Source of the DNA: Raillietiella orientalis
Lineage: Eukaryota
DNA length: 64,000 bases
Direction: 5' to 3'
Assembly: GCA_036172245.1 (NCBI GenBank)
Contig: JAYWIR010000016.1
Span: 310,001 to 374,000, forward strand
The stretch's first letter is position 1. Every line of letters starts with the position of its first letter. Made by a program: the position numbers and the translations under genes. The notes beneath the pieces are model-generated. The model saw only the letters and a list, made by a program, of their open reading frames with translations, ran no database searches and was not told the origin of the DNA. Below are positions 1-14,600 of the stretch, in pieces.

Positions 1-1899
1 CAGGACAGGGCACGCAAAAGGAGGAAGATAAGCAGCGGCGGCACCGCCTGCGACCGCGGTGGACGCTGCACCGACGCTTGAACGTGTTCCGCCCGTCACT
101 TCTTCGTCGCTTCCCGAGGAGAGAGAGGGAGAGAGAAAGGGGGTGGATGGGTAAAAGGGGCGAACGCAGTAGAGGGTGTGCTTCCTCTACAGGCAGAGAC
201 GACGACAAACTTCGTCCTGGAGGGAGACTTCTCTTACCTCCCCCTGGCATCCCCTGGGCAGGAGGAGCAGTCCGTGTCTCTTCCTCCCACCCAATAAAAC
301 TGGCAGGAAAAAAAAGGGGGAAAAGAGGGGATGGGGGGCAGCTGCGCGCGCGCGTGCACGTACAGCAACTCTTCCGTCTATCAGCAAGAGGTTACGAAAC
401 CGTGACCTCGGCGACGGGGGCTCTATCCTATCGACAAGTGTGCGCGTTTCGGGTCGCAACGACCGGTGCTCTGCACTCGAAAGGAGGGAGGGAGGAGGCT
501 GAGAACGCAGCCGTGCCCACGCGGTTGCCCCTCGGTTTTTATCTGCCTCCTCTGGAAAAGTCAACAGACTACCGAGGAAATTATCGCGCCTCTTCTTTCC
601 CCCTCCCGGTAGTCTCCCACGGGAACGCCGCTCCCGAGACGGGAGCAGCAGGAGGAGGTGACGACTCCCTCCTTTCCCCCTCTCCCGTTTCTAGAGCCAC
701 GCGCTTCCGAAGGAGTTCCGGCGTTTTGGCCGTCTCTCCGGGTGGCGAGAGCGCCGCCGCCGCAAGCGCCAGCGGAGAGGGCGACGGACGATTCCTCCTT
801 CCCTCCCATCCCTGCTCCAGAAACAAACAAGCAAACAGCGCAGAGGAGAGTGTGAGGGAGCGGAAGGAAGCCGCTCCCGTTGCGGAGAGGGAGGTCCTGG
901 CATCCGCAGAGTGCGCCGTCGCGCGGAGCTGTGCGACCCACGCGCGGAGGCGGAAGAGGGGGAGAAGAAAAAGGAGGAGGAGGGAGTGCATCCTTGCCGG
1001 CCCACTGGAAGAGAATGGACATCGCCTGCGACAACAGGACGGACGATGGCCGGTTCGCGATCGACCCGAAGGCCCGGGCGGTTTCTTCCCACGCGGGCGA
1101 ATGCGCACTCGCGTGCCTCAGGGGACGGCCACCCGGCCACCACCTGACAGCTGCGCTCCACATCCGCACCGGAGGAGGCCACCAAGAGCGACAGAGGGAA
1201 GACACAGCATCCGATGCCACCGGAAGATAAATCCGATGTGAGAAGATGAACCCTCGGAAGATTTAAGAGTTCGGCAATTCGCGGATGTTACAGAAGCGCA
1301 CGAACTCAAGTTAGCATCTCATGGTGCTCTCTAGCTGTTCGTTACATACAATTTACTGCCGCTTGATGTAACGGAATCTGCACGAATTTCAAAAGGTGCG
1401 GAAAAGTGGCACTTGGCTGTGACTAAAGAGAAAATCGGTGGAAAAAAAAATTCTCCATCACGTGCGGCCATTCAGCCGAGAGATGCCATACTGACGTCTC
1501 CTAATTGAATGAAAGTTGTGGGTCACCGCTTATAGAGCGGAAGCAAGGGCCCCGCGTAAAATGGAGACGAGAAAGGGGACCTACGTGGTGTGGCGGTGGT
1601 GAGAATCATTGAAGGGGGAGGGGGGAGTGTGCTCGGGAGTGGGTAACCTGCCATCAGCATTTATCTCCTCCCTGCTCCGCGAGGTCTGCGCGCGCGGAGA
1701 AGGAGAGAACCTCCCCCTCCTCTCTCCAGACACCTGCGAAGACTCTGGAGGTGAAGACGTCTCGCGCGCCCAGGGTTCATCCATCCCCTCTCCTACTGCC
1801 CGCTGCATACGATCCCCGGTTCCGTGGGCGCCGACGAGGGAAGAGGGAGGAGAGCGTCGCCCTTCCTACCCGTGGACTCCGAGCGCCGACGGTATGGAG

Positions 1900-2500
1900 G
1901 GACCTACGGGAGGTGCACGCGGCAGCCCGTCAGCAGCGCCAGAAGCGCCGTTGCCGTCACTGCCTGCAGCAAGTCGAAGGGGCCGCTCGTTTGCCTGTCC
2001 CCCCGCAACGGACCAGAGTCAACTACGACGCGTCCCCTTTGGGAATTCGCTTGGAGAGGATCTCTGGACCACTTCCCGCAAGAAAGCGCCGCCTCCAGGG
2101 AACGCACGCCTACCTCCCTACACTTCCTCCTTCACGAACACCCACGCGTACCGCCCACGAGAAACGCCGCACCCAGGAAGCACTCGATGCAAAGGCGCGG
2201 CTGCTCCATTCCGTTCGCGCCATCTTACGGAAGAATTCCAGGATCGCCCACAGGGACCGGCTGCCTGCCACTGCCGTGCTATTCTAGAGAGTAGCGAGAG
2301 CCTCTTCATTCCTCTCCCCTCCTGCCTCACAGCTCAGGACCGCACGGGCTTCATCACCACCACTCCCTCCCTGCCTTCCTTCCCAGTGTACTCCCCCTAG
2401 CCCTTCCTGCTCTTCGTCCAGTTCGGGGAGGAGGAACTCAGGCAGCCTCTCCTCGCAGCGCCGCATCTCGAGTAACCCCCCAACGAGACGCCGCCGCCAC
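1900..2500 (+). mobile_element. Probable LINE endonuclease C-terminal remnant in an SZT2 intron
   Basis: LGEDLWTT..PYT and PQGPAACHCRAIL resemble the LxDxW..YT and GPGxWxxNxxLL motifs of L1/Tx1 endonuclease ends; very decayed. Confidence 0.35.
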
Positions 2501-2660
2501 GCACGACCATGCCATCCCCCCACGCAGACCCTCCGCAGGAGTCGAGCCTTCAAAATTTTGGAGGGCGAGGTGCTGAAGGAGGTGTACAAAAGAGGAAAGG
2601 GAAAGGACGAGGAGGGCATCCCTCAAAATGAAAACAAACAAAAAAGGGAGCGCTCGTTAC

Positions 2661-5600
2661 CGCTTGGGCGATCTGTCTGTACTCCTTGCCGTGCAGGTAC
2701 GCTGCCGGGGACTGCTCGGTTACGCAGAAGCCGTGCTGGGGCTCCACCCAGCACTCGGTTACCAGCTGCAGTTCGCCGTCCGCTTCCGGGAGCTCCAGCT
2801 CGTTGTCTGTGCCGGCTTCGGACGTGCTGAGGAGCCACCGGCCGGCAGGTCAGTTCCTCCCCATCTGCATGCCTCGCCTACCTGTCGTTCTGGATGTGGC
2901 TGTGTGGAGGAAAGATGACGTACTGGATGATGCAGTTGTGCGTGTTGCTCTCCGCCATCGACTTGGAACGGCATTGCTGAGGTCATGGGAAAGGAGGGAG
3001 GCAGTGTGAAGGGGGTGCGCGAAGAGAGACGCGGGGTTGGGGGGAAGAGCAAGTGCGAACGAACGTTCACCAAACTACTCTTTTACCTCCATGTGCAGCT
3101 CCAGCACCATGCTGACCATCCCCGACATGGAGAAGGCGAACTTGAAGCCTTCGTACACCCGGCACTTGCCGAGCACACCCAAGACCTTGGCTGCGGTCTG
3201 CGCGTTGAGGACTTCAGGGACCTGCCAGATCCAGCGGCAGTGGTACAGGTATGAAGTGAGTGTAGCGAATGTGCTAACGCCCTTGTAGCTCCCGCGGCCC
3301 GTCGGCAGCAACCCTCCGTGAAGCCTGTCTTTGTAATCCCCGGGCACGTGCTGGTACCTGCGCGAAGGACGGACAGGAAAAGGATAGGGTGGAGAGAGCC
3401 CGGAAAGCAACGGATTGTCCCATTCCCCGCGGTCCCGGATGCGGCTGGAACAACTTACCGTATAAGCACCTTGTCCACAGGCTTGCCCATCAAGGTCCAG
3501 TACTCCGTGGGGTACAGCTTCTTGTGGAGCTGCTGTTGATGGTTGCCAAAATCCTGAGGCCCGAGGAACGTCTCCTTGGGGCTGGACCTGTGAGATATCT
3601 TCAGGTTCCGGAGCATCTCCTTGAAGCAGCCGAGGATCTTGTTCTGCTCCCTCTCCGCGGTGCCGCTCAGAAAGGCGAGGTGCAGCACGACGCATGGCAC
3701 CTTCGTCAGATTCAGGCGGAGGATGTAGAACGAAGAAGGAGGTTTGTCCGGGTCGCTGGGAATGGCAGGGACAAAGCGAGCGAACCCATAGGATCGACGA
3801 CGCCGGTATCCCCCTTTCCCCACCTTGCCAGCATCACCCCCAAACACACCACGCACCTCTGTTTGAGCTTGATGTAGGTGTGGTTCTCAACCAGGACGAA
3901 CGACATGCGGTCGGCCAGCAGGGCGCACAGAGCCGCCACGGCTTGCCTGCACTGGATGGTCTGGTAGCGGCCATTCGGGTTCGGGTGGTGCAGGTACTTG
4001 TGCAAGGAGTGGTCGTGCGACAGCAGCAACACGATCCGATGAGCATGGAACCACTTCTGCCACACGCTGGTGTCCAGCATGCACACCGGTTTCCAAAAAG
4101 AAACCAGCTGGGGGCTGACCACGTCCCTGCAAGTCTCCGCTTGCAACCGCCGCTCGCTCGGTCGCGCGCGCGCCCGGGTGAGGAGGGTGCGTGAGCCCGC
4201 ACGCCCAGAACACGTACCGCGTGGTTTCCATGAGCTCCCCCTCCGAAGAAATCTGAAACAGGGGGATCCTGTTGAAGTTTTCAGGAAACGTGTAGAAGAC
4301 CGGCGACGAAGCAAAGGAGAGCACGTGGGCTAGGAACTGGTCCGTGTCCTGCATGCTTCTGACCAGAGACCACAGTCGCGAGGACGCGATCCGTCGGTAA
4401 GACGATGCCGTGGGCTTCTTTTTGATGCACGTCATGTCGTGGAGCACGTTGTACATCCCTGCAAAGCCCCGGGCAGGTCCGAAAGGAGCGAAAGGGAGAT
4501 GAGACGGGGGGATGGGGAGAAAGTAAGGAGGCGGTTGCTTGCAGACCTTGTATGATCACTTCGTAGCAGACGACCTCCTCCGGTTCCGAGCTGCACACCT
4601 GCACGTTGTACTCGAAGTTGCAGGAAGGCCTCCAGGGAAGGAACAATGCGACTTTGAGGAAACCTTCGCAGGTGACCGTCGCCTCCTTCATGGTGTACCC
4701 TTCCTCAAAGCGGCAGGCCAGGATGCTGTCGAAACGGATGTTCAGAGAACCTTCCATATGCTTATGGGAGATCAAGGGTATCTCGTACGAAGCCGGGAAG
4801 TTCGGGTTGCTAAGGGAACCCCAAGCAGGGTGCCCCTCCGGGAGATCGCGGGCGGAAAGTACCTCAGGCCGTCCCAGGACCTCTGGCGGTAGCAGTCGTC
4901 TTCTGCCGAGTCCTCGGAAAAAGTGAAGACTTTCAGCTCTCTTTGAAAGTTCCAGCAGAAGAATGCCTCGTGGTACTTGTTCATGCCGTACTCGTAGTCT
5001 TCCTCCTGAAAAGGGAGGAAACCGCGGAGTCTGGGGCGTCCCGCCGCTCCCGTACCCCTCCACCCTTCCCGCCTAAAAGTGAGGAACGCCGTCGTAGTCG
5101 CGCACGGGGAGAAGTCGTTGGTAGGACGGGGAGGAGTCCTTCGACTCTCCAAAACGTACGCCCCCTGAATGCCCGAGAGGAGGAGAAAAAGAAGGGACGA
5201 GAACGAGGGAGGTCTGTCCGAGGCGCCTTCGAAGCTCCCCGGGATGGAGCCGGACTCGATCCATCCATCCCGGTTTGAGGGAAGGCGGAAGCGTGACTTC
5301 GGGAGCCGAAGGAGAGCGTGTGTGCACCCGTTCTCTCGCTCCCGCGCGAAATTCCTCTTTGGGTTATCACAGCAGAGCGTGTCGGAGCCATGAGGATAGG
5401 GGGAAGGGGGAGGTGAGGGACCTAGGACAACCTATCTGCTGACCGCGAATGTTCACCCTGCCGCCGGAGGCTACTTATTCTGCACCCTCGGGTCTCCTGC
5501 CCCTCTTCCTCGCGCTCCGCATACCATCGGGGGCTGGATGGGGAAAGCAAAAAGAAGGCAGTAGGGGAGAGAGGGGGAGCAGCGACGTGGTCCCGCATAG

Positions 5601-8600
5601 GGACGCACAAGGAACGTAATGATTGCGCGCGAGAGAGCGTCCAAGGTTCATGGAATTTCTTTTCTTCTTCTCTTTCACAGGGTTGGGAGAGGAGGAAGGA
5701 CAGCTTTGTTCCCGACCTGCAGGAAGGGCAGGACACAATGACCAGAAAAATGTCAAGTGTAGGAATACCGGGTCCCTTGAAAATGCTTTGCAACCAACCA
5801 GGAAGAAAGCCAGAAGCAGAGGTTTTCCCCGTGATCTCCCCGCATTCCATTCCCCTCATCCTCCTAGTCGTTGGGAGGTCTACCTCCTCAAGTCTCCCTC
5901 TCCCTCTTCCCGGGTGGGATTGATCCAGCAGACCCAGAGTACTTGAAATGAAAAAAAGACTCGACGATTCTTCCCCGAATTCCCCTGAGCTGCCACCAAG
6001 TAAAAAAATCCCCGAGGCGAGAATGCCTCTTGAGCGATTACGGAGAGTGACCCGCTGGCAGCAGGAGGAGGCGCACGTGAGGGAGAGGAGTCTGGGACAC
6101 AATTATGACTTTAAGATCTACCACTGCCATAGACAGGGACCCGGGGAAAAGAAAGAACAAAGGGGGCACCTTAAAATGCCCGTCATCCGTACAGAACAGC
6201 GGTTCAAGGAGTCGAGGCGGTGCAACGAGATGACTGGCACGAGCCTCAACGTGCGACCTCTTCCCCATCCGGGGTTGCAAACCCATTTTTCCAAAAAGAT
6301 GGGAGATGCGAGGGATGAGGCGGGGTGGGGGGGGGGGAACACGTGAAAGGTCATGAACCGCACTGAAGCGCAGGACGACAGCTCACGGAGCTCTCTGTTT
6401 TCCACAAGAAGGAACACCCGAAGCTGAAACGGTGAAGAGATTGGAGGGGGTTCCCTCCCGGCCTCAAGAAAGAAGAGGAAGGACTGGAGCGCGCGTACAG
6501 CCGCGTGCCCTTCCCCGGGAGCTGCATACGCTTGAAGGCCATCTTCCTCGGAAGAAGTGCTCGACGGGAACGCGCGAAACATGCACCGATGAGTGGCTGC
6601 CATTCTAGAGTGCAAATTGTGCTCGGCAACCCTGCGAGGGGGTGAAGGAAAAAGGAGGTACGAGGGGGCCGGAGACTGTAAGCGCACTTCCCTTTCCCTC
6701 CCTCCCCCCCCTCTCCTCTCTCGCTCAGAGGTCAGAAGCGTTGCCACAATTGGCGCGAAACGCGCCGGCGAGCGGGCCCCACCGTCCTCTTTACCACATC
6801 GGGCAGGTCCGTCAGATGGCATCCGAACGTCGCCTTGGCCACAAACTGCAGCAAATCGGTGGAAGGCACGAAGCCGAGGTTCTGGCCCGGATGGAAGCAG
6901 CTGGCGAGCTGTACGAATGAGCACGAAACGGCGCTGTGTCTGAGCTGGTTGAGCAGGGAATCGACGATGGAGCAGTCCGGGAGAGACAGGACGCCGTCGG
7001 TGATGACCACGAGCCCTACGAGGGGAAAGCACAGAGAATGTGAGTGGGAGAAGAGTGGAAAGAGAGAGGGGAGGAGTGCAAAACTCTGATGGAGAGGGGC
7101 GTCGAATGAGGAAGGAAGAGCATCTCTGAGGCCAAGCTTTTTACTGAGAAGGGGGACCCGTGGGTGGCGATGACAGCGCTGGGACGTACGCGACCCACGA
7201 CGGCAATTCGCCTTCTCATAGCGCGCCCTTCTCCGCGGCGAAACCTCAGACGGGGAAGGAAAACTGGAAGTTTCGTGACCTCAGAGGAAAAAAACAGGGG
7301 GGGAGGGGGGGAGCGTGGGTGATGAGGAAAGTCCCGAAGAGTGTCTCGAAGGGGGTGGGGAAAAAAGGAAGCGGGTGGAACTCGGTGCACGCAGCCGAAC
7401 CGAGGGGTCACGTCCGGGCGGCATCTTGCGGATGTGCTCCCCTTTTCTCCCGGAGGGACCGCGGAGACGTCCGTTCGAGGAGGGGCGAGGGAGCCTTTCC
7501 AAGCAGTCGCGGTCCACGGCCGTGTGCCTTTCCGCCGGGGAGTGAGGAAGACGGGATGGCGCTCCGGCAGCCATAGAGGGCAACGACCCTCTTTTTCCTG
7601 TCGCCTGCTGTGCCGGGAAGCTCCCGGTCGGAAAGAAATGGGTCTGAAATAGGGGCCCGCGGTGGAGGAAAACAGGAAGCCTCCGTTTTTCGAGAGCACC
7701 CGACTTTCCTTTCTACTCCTGCAGAAGAACCCAGCACAAACTCCTCTCTTTCCCTCCCCCCTCCGCCTCAAGACTTTTCGCGACACCCAGGAGAGGGAGG
7801 GGAAAGGAAGCGCCAACTTATCTCTCCCACGCATGCGGATGGGGGAATTCTTTCCCATCCTTTCCCACGGTGCGTGAGCAAGACCTCCCGTTCGTTCGTG
7901 ATAAGAGGAGCAGTGGTTGCGGACCGTCTGCGAGCGCCTCCCGGAAGGGAGAGAGAACTCCGGGGACAGTAGGAGCGGTAGGAGGGGGGAGAGTAGCGCT
8001 GGACGGTTTGGAGCGAGATGGTTGCATGGCGCAGTGATGCGGGCCCGCAGGTTTGGGATAGGGGAGCCGCGCAGAAAGCCGCGCACAAAGATGACGATGG
8101 TACTCGTAGACACTGCTACCGTGAAAACCGAGCGGCGCTGCTACCATCGGCGGCAAAGAGAAAAACGAGTGCGAATTTGGTAGTGGCGCTGACGGCGACT
8201 ATGACGACGCCCATTGAGTGTTCTGGACCACAATGATGGCGTTCGCCACAATGACGGTGGGAAGGGCGATGGCGCGCAAGCAACCTTCTCTGTTTCACCC
8301 CTTTTTCTTTTGCGATTCGCTCAGATTGCCCCACGCAGTCGCTCCAATCCCTGGAGGGGGGAGGGGAAAGGAAAGGCGGTGCAGGTGTTGGTGGCTCGCG
8401 AGTCGAGTGCGCTCTGGCGAAACGTGCGCACGCGGTACGCCACCTAGCCCCTTCGCGGGTTGCAGCAGGGGAAGAAAAGAGCAGCAGCCACGCCGACCCC
8501 TTCCTCCCCTCCTGGACGAGACGCAGCAAGCGACGGACGGACATCCCCCCCGAGGGCGCCACCGGCATCACGACGACGAGACCGAGCTAACGGTGTTCTC

Positions 8601-11600
8601 TCTCGCCGCTTTCCTCTGCATGCGTCCGGGTGCTCCGAGACAGGTGTTGCCATCCGAGAGTTGCCGTTTGCCCTTCGCTCTTGCTGGCATGCAACGTTCC
8701 GCAACCGGTGTTACCTCTGAGGCAGGGGAGGAGGGGGAGAGAAGGGCAGGACAGGAAGAGAATTAAAAAAAAAGAAAAAGCAAACAATAATAATAACAAC
8801 CCGGGAGAGTGGCACCTCCACAGACACGCACCACTTCTCGGAAATGTCTCACGGTGGCGCCGACGCTGGAGTGCGCGCATGACGCAACGCTGCTAGAGAG
8901 AAAGCGGATTTTGAGAGGAAATTTACGTGCTGTGCTCCAGCCAGCTGAGCAGAGCTGGGAGCGGATAAGTCCACGCGCGACAACAGAGAGTGAACCTCGA
9001 AGATGCTCACTGAAAGAGCTCACCTTTCTCTTCACGTACACACGTGCATATGTGTGCGTCCTTGTACATCTAAATGTATATATGCATCTCCATATTTAGT
9101 GTGTGCGCGTGCAGACACATGAACAAGCACACGGCTGTCCACATATGAGTGTGTAAACATGTTCAATGCCAACTTATGTACCGTTCCATAGAATGGCCAC
9201 TGGGATAAAAGTGATTATCATCTCAGAGTGGGAAGCAGGGGCACTTCGGTCGCTTCGGGCATAAAACGGCATGGGAACCGGACAGCTCGCAAAGAGCACA
9301 CACGGCGGGTGCCACGTTCCGTGAGACCGCAACGGGTGAAAGCCGCAAGGCAGAGGGCACGCAGCCTGGAGAAAACGACAGAGGAATCCCCGGGAAGGGC
9401 AAGCAGCACTAGGTTAAGAGCAACACAGGAGAAAGCAGGACGCATCCGAAAGTTTCTCCAGAAAAGGAGATGCTTCTCTCTCCTCTTCAGGGACCAGAGA
9501 GGCGCTTCCGGAAACCGGAGCAAAGTTCGTCTCGGACGGAGCGTCTAAAACCACACCGGAATATGAAGACTTGCGGCGACCCACGGGAGCGTTTTTTTTT
9601 GTTGCTGTAGCGAGGAAACATCCGGATCACTCGCCGTAGCGTCCCCCTTCCCTCTGGACCTTCCACCTGGATGCCTTCTCGCTCCATGCCCGCCCGACCC
9701 CAGGTGACGGTTCATGGAATGGAGCTGCACAGCTTTCCCTGAACCTCCCAGGCGAGCCAGAGGTCAGCCTGCGAATGAAGGAATCCAGAAAGAGGGGGGC
9801 GAACACGGAGACTGAGATCGAGGAAGCGTCCCAGCCGTATGCACCGACATCATGGATGCTCCTCAGGAGGCAGGAAAAACAGACGGTATGCCCCAGTTCG
9901 AGAGGAAATCCTCGCTACTTTTTTTTTTCTTTTTTTTAAGCGGGTGGATGGGTAGGTGAGTTCCCGACACGTCCGTCTTCGGCATCATGTGGTCACCGAG
10001 GCGCGTGTGAGCGAGGCCTCCATCCGAGTAAGATCCCTTGTTCCTTTGAATCCGCAAATTCTCTCCCACTTAAGAGCAAAGGCCTGTGGGTGCGGTGTCA
10101 CCTGCTCCGTTGGCGAAGAGCAGTGGGTCGGGGTGGGCACAAATCTGGACCCCCTATCTCCTCCGCCCATGTGCCCTTGGATGGATGGTTGGAGGAAGCG
10201 CCTTCGGTAGGCACCGACTTGTGGGGACTCTTAAGAAAGCGAGGCGAGCAGCGTCCTCGATTCTGCGTCGCTCCTTCTTTTTGACGCCACGGTGGCCCAC
10301 CAGAGGGGCAGAACGACTCTTGCTAGGGCTTGCTAGCAGGCTTCGGTGCGTCCTGAGCACACACTTCACGTTCGTCACATCTTCACTCCTTGACCTGGGT
10401 GTAAGCCTCCTGCAAAGAATCCGTCCTTCGACGATCTTTGTTCCACACCGTCAGCGATCGGGGCAGGCCTCGTGCTTCACCAGAGAGACACGTCGGCAAA
10501 GCCTCTGAGGCCAAAAATCTTCTTCCCCTCTTGGTTGCAGCAAGACCTCCGATCCCAGAGCTTGTGCGAAGAAAAGCGACCCCTTGCCAGCACCGGGCAC
10601 GGAACGGTCGGCCCAGGAGCTCGCAGCGGTGACGGAAAGATCCCCCTCTCGAAGCCGGTCCATCGGTGCTCACTCTTTGCAACAGTGCTCATTGTCACTC
10701 CCATTCCCCTGTCTTCAAACAATTTCTTCAAGCTTCAACTGGTCTTCTACAATTGCAGAAAGGCTTCAGTCTCTTCCTGTGGTTCGAGATTGCTGCAGGC
10801 ATTCCTCCGGCATGCTCTTCCGTCTCTGTGATCTTTGGGCACACTTCTTTCTTGTACCGATCCCGCTCCCACCAAAGCCTGGCACGAGAGGACGCAACAT
10901 AGGTGTGACTCTTGCTGACTCCATTTGCAAGTGTGCGGTGAAGAGCAGCGGGTCCAGTTACGGAGAAGCCGAAAACGTAGCCAACTCCTGGCCACGAAGG
11001 AAAATTGGCAACTCGACTGCTGGTGGCACCCGAAATCCACGCGCCGCATGGCTCGTGCACGACGGATACAGTCAGATCTTCCGGAAAGGAGTGTTTTCTT
11101 GCGCATCATTGCGGCTGAAAAAAAACCCAGCACAATGCTGCAGGCTTTTCCCTTTGATGAACGCGCACACGGCAGCTCTCGAAGGGCAAACCTGTAACAC
11201 AGCAAGAGAACAAGTCTGCGCGCGGAAAAGTTGGAGTTGGTGGCGAGTGGGGGACTTCGACCATCTCCCGCAGCTTCTACCATGAGTTATAACAGAGCAG
11301 TTCCCCGTTGTCTACAGATCCCACTGATAACAAAACAACCATGGAGGTGCGAGTTGGAAAGCACCGGTGGTGTAGCATCACGGAGAATGCTTCTTAGTGC
11401 AAAGAGATGCCATTTCCCCAGCCGCCGCCCCGCTTTGAAGGCTCACACAAAAAAGAATTCGGGATGTAGTTTCGGCACTAGGATACTGCAGTTGCAGTAA
11501 AGGGCGGAAGGTTGGCCCATTTCTGAAGATCGGCATAATGGTGCTTCAGTCAGGGGAGGGGTTCTCAAGCAGGTTACTGAGCAAGTTAATGAGTGAGAAG

Positions 11601-14600
11601 CATTTGAGGGACTTGCGGAGAAAGACTGCACTCTGCTGTGGAGTGGCCTGAGATGCATTTGAACTTCCTCGTTTGGAGCATTTGGATATTACGAATGTTT
11701 CGCAGGGAAATATCCAAAATGAAGCATGCAAGCATTTTTTTTTTTTTTTTACTAAACACCCTACATGATGCGCAATCATATGCTGTATTTTGCCATGCGG
11801 ATACATAAAATCCGGACGCAGAGAGAACAACGATGAAGAGAAAACGCCAGCGGTTCCAGAAAGGACTCTTCCTCAATGGGTTTCAATGCTCAACAACACC
11901 ATGCAGTAGTCCGCAGGGAAGGAAAGCTTCGAGAAGCCCACTGCCATGAGCTGAAGCGCGCGTTAGCTGCAAGGATTAGAAATCGTGATTGAACCATCTT
12001 CACCATCCGACTGTCGCAACTCTGCTAGGAAGACAAGGAAGAGCGGTTTGACAGGCAGAGAGGACAAGAAGTTATTCAGCAATGCAAAGTAAAGCGTGCA
12101 CGAAAAATTTTCGTCAGGGAGCACTTCTCGAGAGGTTTTTGAAAGTTGGTTCTTAAAAAGACAGATTGTTCCTAGATTTCTAACTGCCCCCATGTGGTGA
12201 AAAGAAATGAAATAATAAACTGCAAATTCTGCATTCTAGAAATTCGTAATGGGAGCGTTAAGGGCGAAGATCCCTTCATTTCAGTCTGAGTTCATTCCAG
12301 GTGGTAAAAAAAAAACAAAAAAAAAAACAAAAAAAAAAAAATCAGTGCCTGCCAATTTCCGAAGAAAGTCTCCCTTCAAAGGCAGACAGATATCCTAGGA
12401 ACGTCGAAACCTGCAAACAGGTTACATATGATCATAGAAGCGATGGGAACAGCCTCGTTGTTTGATGAAAGAAATTAGCATGGAGCAATGAGGGGGGACG
12501 AATGTAATGCATACCATTAGGGGCAAACAACTCATCGATTCTTCTATAGAAAGAGAAAGGAAGAATCAATTCCCAAAGTTTGAAAGCGGCCGATAAAACT
12601 CGCTTTAGTTGAGCGACAGAAAAATTGGATTCCTATGACGGGAAAAAAAAAATGGAAAAGTAAGAAAATCTACAAAGTCAAAGGCGAAGCTTGTATTGAA
12701 TCAAGGCGACGAAGTGCACTTCACGGTGCTGTCACTACAGACTCAATGCAAATAACTCCTCAGATATGGCTAATCAAAATGTAGGCAAGAAACAAATCAA
12801 AGTTTATGTCAAAAACTCCAAGAGAAGGAGAATGCTTTACGAAACAAAAATGTTATTTCAAATTTGGAATTCACATACAGAAAGGGGCACGTGAGAAATA
12901 AATCATGCACAGGGAAATATGTGAACGACGGAGATCGGGAAATATAAATATGAATAGAGTCTCTTAAAGCAGTGATCCACTTCCTTCCTAAAAGAAAAAT
13001 GGGTATTTTAAAAGCATGCGGAATTCCAGGAAGGCTTTCCTCTGCATCGGTATAAAGATTTTGAAGAACCCTTAGGGTACATGACAATGACTTGCAATGA
13101 AAAATAAGAAGTCACTTCGGTAAGCTGGCGTTAAAAAAAAAATGGGGAAACATCAAGGAAAATTCACCACCATTTCTTCTTTTTTTAAAAAAAAAGAAAG
13201 AAAAAAGGAGAAATGGGTCACGTTCCAAAATAACCAAAAAAAGCATAAAAATACATGCCTTTTTTTTTTTAAAAAAAAGTATTTGTTGACGAAGCACTTA
13301 AAATATTTCCAAATATCTTAGAGAAGACCATTTAAATGGGATCAGGTAACGATTTATCCAAAATTTCACAAAAGAATAAGATAAACAGTCTATACAACCG
13401 CATCTAGACACCAAATAAAATGACAATAGAGTATTATGTTTAAACATGAATTGCACAAGACAGGTTTTTGGAAAAATGGCTAGAACATCTAATAATCTAC
13501 AACACAGAGAAATGTAACGAATTATATAAAACAGTTTTACAAGGCATAATTTTCAATTGTGCCAGCACAGAGTGGGTTGTAACTCATATATATGTGCCAG
13601 ACAACTGCATACATATATACAGTTTAGCCATATGTACACACGGGTACACATGGCTAAACTATCCACTGTTTCCTTTTCAGTAAAATAGCTATCAGTAAGT
13701 ACAATTGTATTATTAATATAGCAACATAATGTAAATAATGAAAAATAAGCAAACACTAAGTGAAGTTTTCCTACTAATTGAGAACTGAAACAGATGTGTA
13801 AACAGAAAATAATGAAACATACCTCCAGTTGTGTTCTCAGGCAAAAGTTGAAGTGCTAGCATTCCTAAGCTCATCATATTTATGAATCCAAACTGTGGTT
13901 TTACTATGGAGGAGCCAGCTGTCACTGTATCAAAATGGAGGTCTGCTTGATTGTGCTTAAAGAATAAATTTTATTTAGGAACTGGCTGTAATTCAGAAAT
14001 GATAATAGTGCATTGTAACTGAAACATGTGTGAGAATATCGAATAACATTCAGTGAACAATGAATATATCATTTATTTTGACAGACACAACAGAAAAAAA
14101 AATACACTGCATCTTGAAAACTTGTGAATCCTTGTAGCACGTACTTGAAACTATGCAGCCCTAAGCAATAATGTAACTGCTTTGCACAATATCTCCTGAG
14201 ATTACCTGGCCAACTACTTGGATCAAGTTTGAACACAAACAAAGGGACTTTATCATAGTTTTTTTCAGTTTTCCAAATGCTCGATACTTCAACAAAACAA
14301 ATGCAATGCAAGCAGCTACTCAAAAACTACTGGTATTTATAGTATCCCAGATATAGACATGTGATTTTAGTATGCTTGATAAATTTGAAGACTATCATCT
14401 CCATAAATATGCTGAAAATAGTCATCAAACTTTTTGAAAGTTTCCTTCAACTTTAGAAAAATACAAACAGGAAAATTAAAAAAAAAATTTTTACATCCAT
14501 ATTCAAAGGTGGAGATGCCCAACTTCCTTTTATGATAATTTTGGGACTTGACCTATACACTTTGCTTGTAACCTATTCTTCACACCAAAAATTAATAGCC

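Noticed and set aside
78..1241. 387-aa plus-strand ORF, and similar long ORFs such as 7016-8113, 47483-48508 and 54630-55559
   Set aside because: Arg/Gly/Pro/Ser-rich, overlapping ORFs in all frames and no recognisable domain; expected by chance in GC-rich intronic or transposon-derived DNA.
2560..2625. RDALLVLSLSSFVHLLQ, which superficially resembles the next SZT2 segment (RDAACIGSMLSFEYLIQ)
   Set aside because: It is out of phase with the donor after 2661 using the nearest AG and lies in a pyrimidine-rich intronic tract. I found no further SZT2 exon in 1-2660 by eye; RNA-seq would decide.
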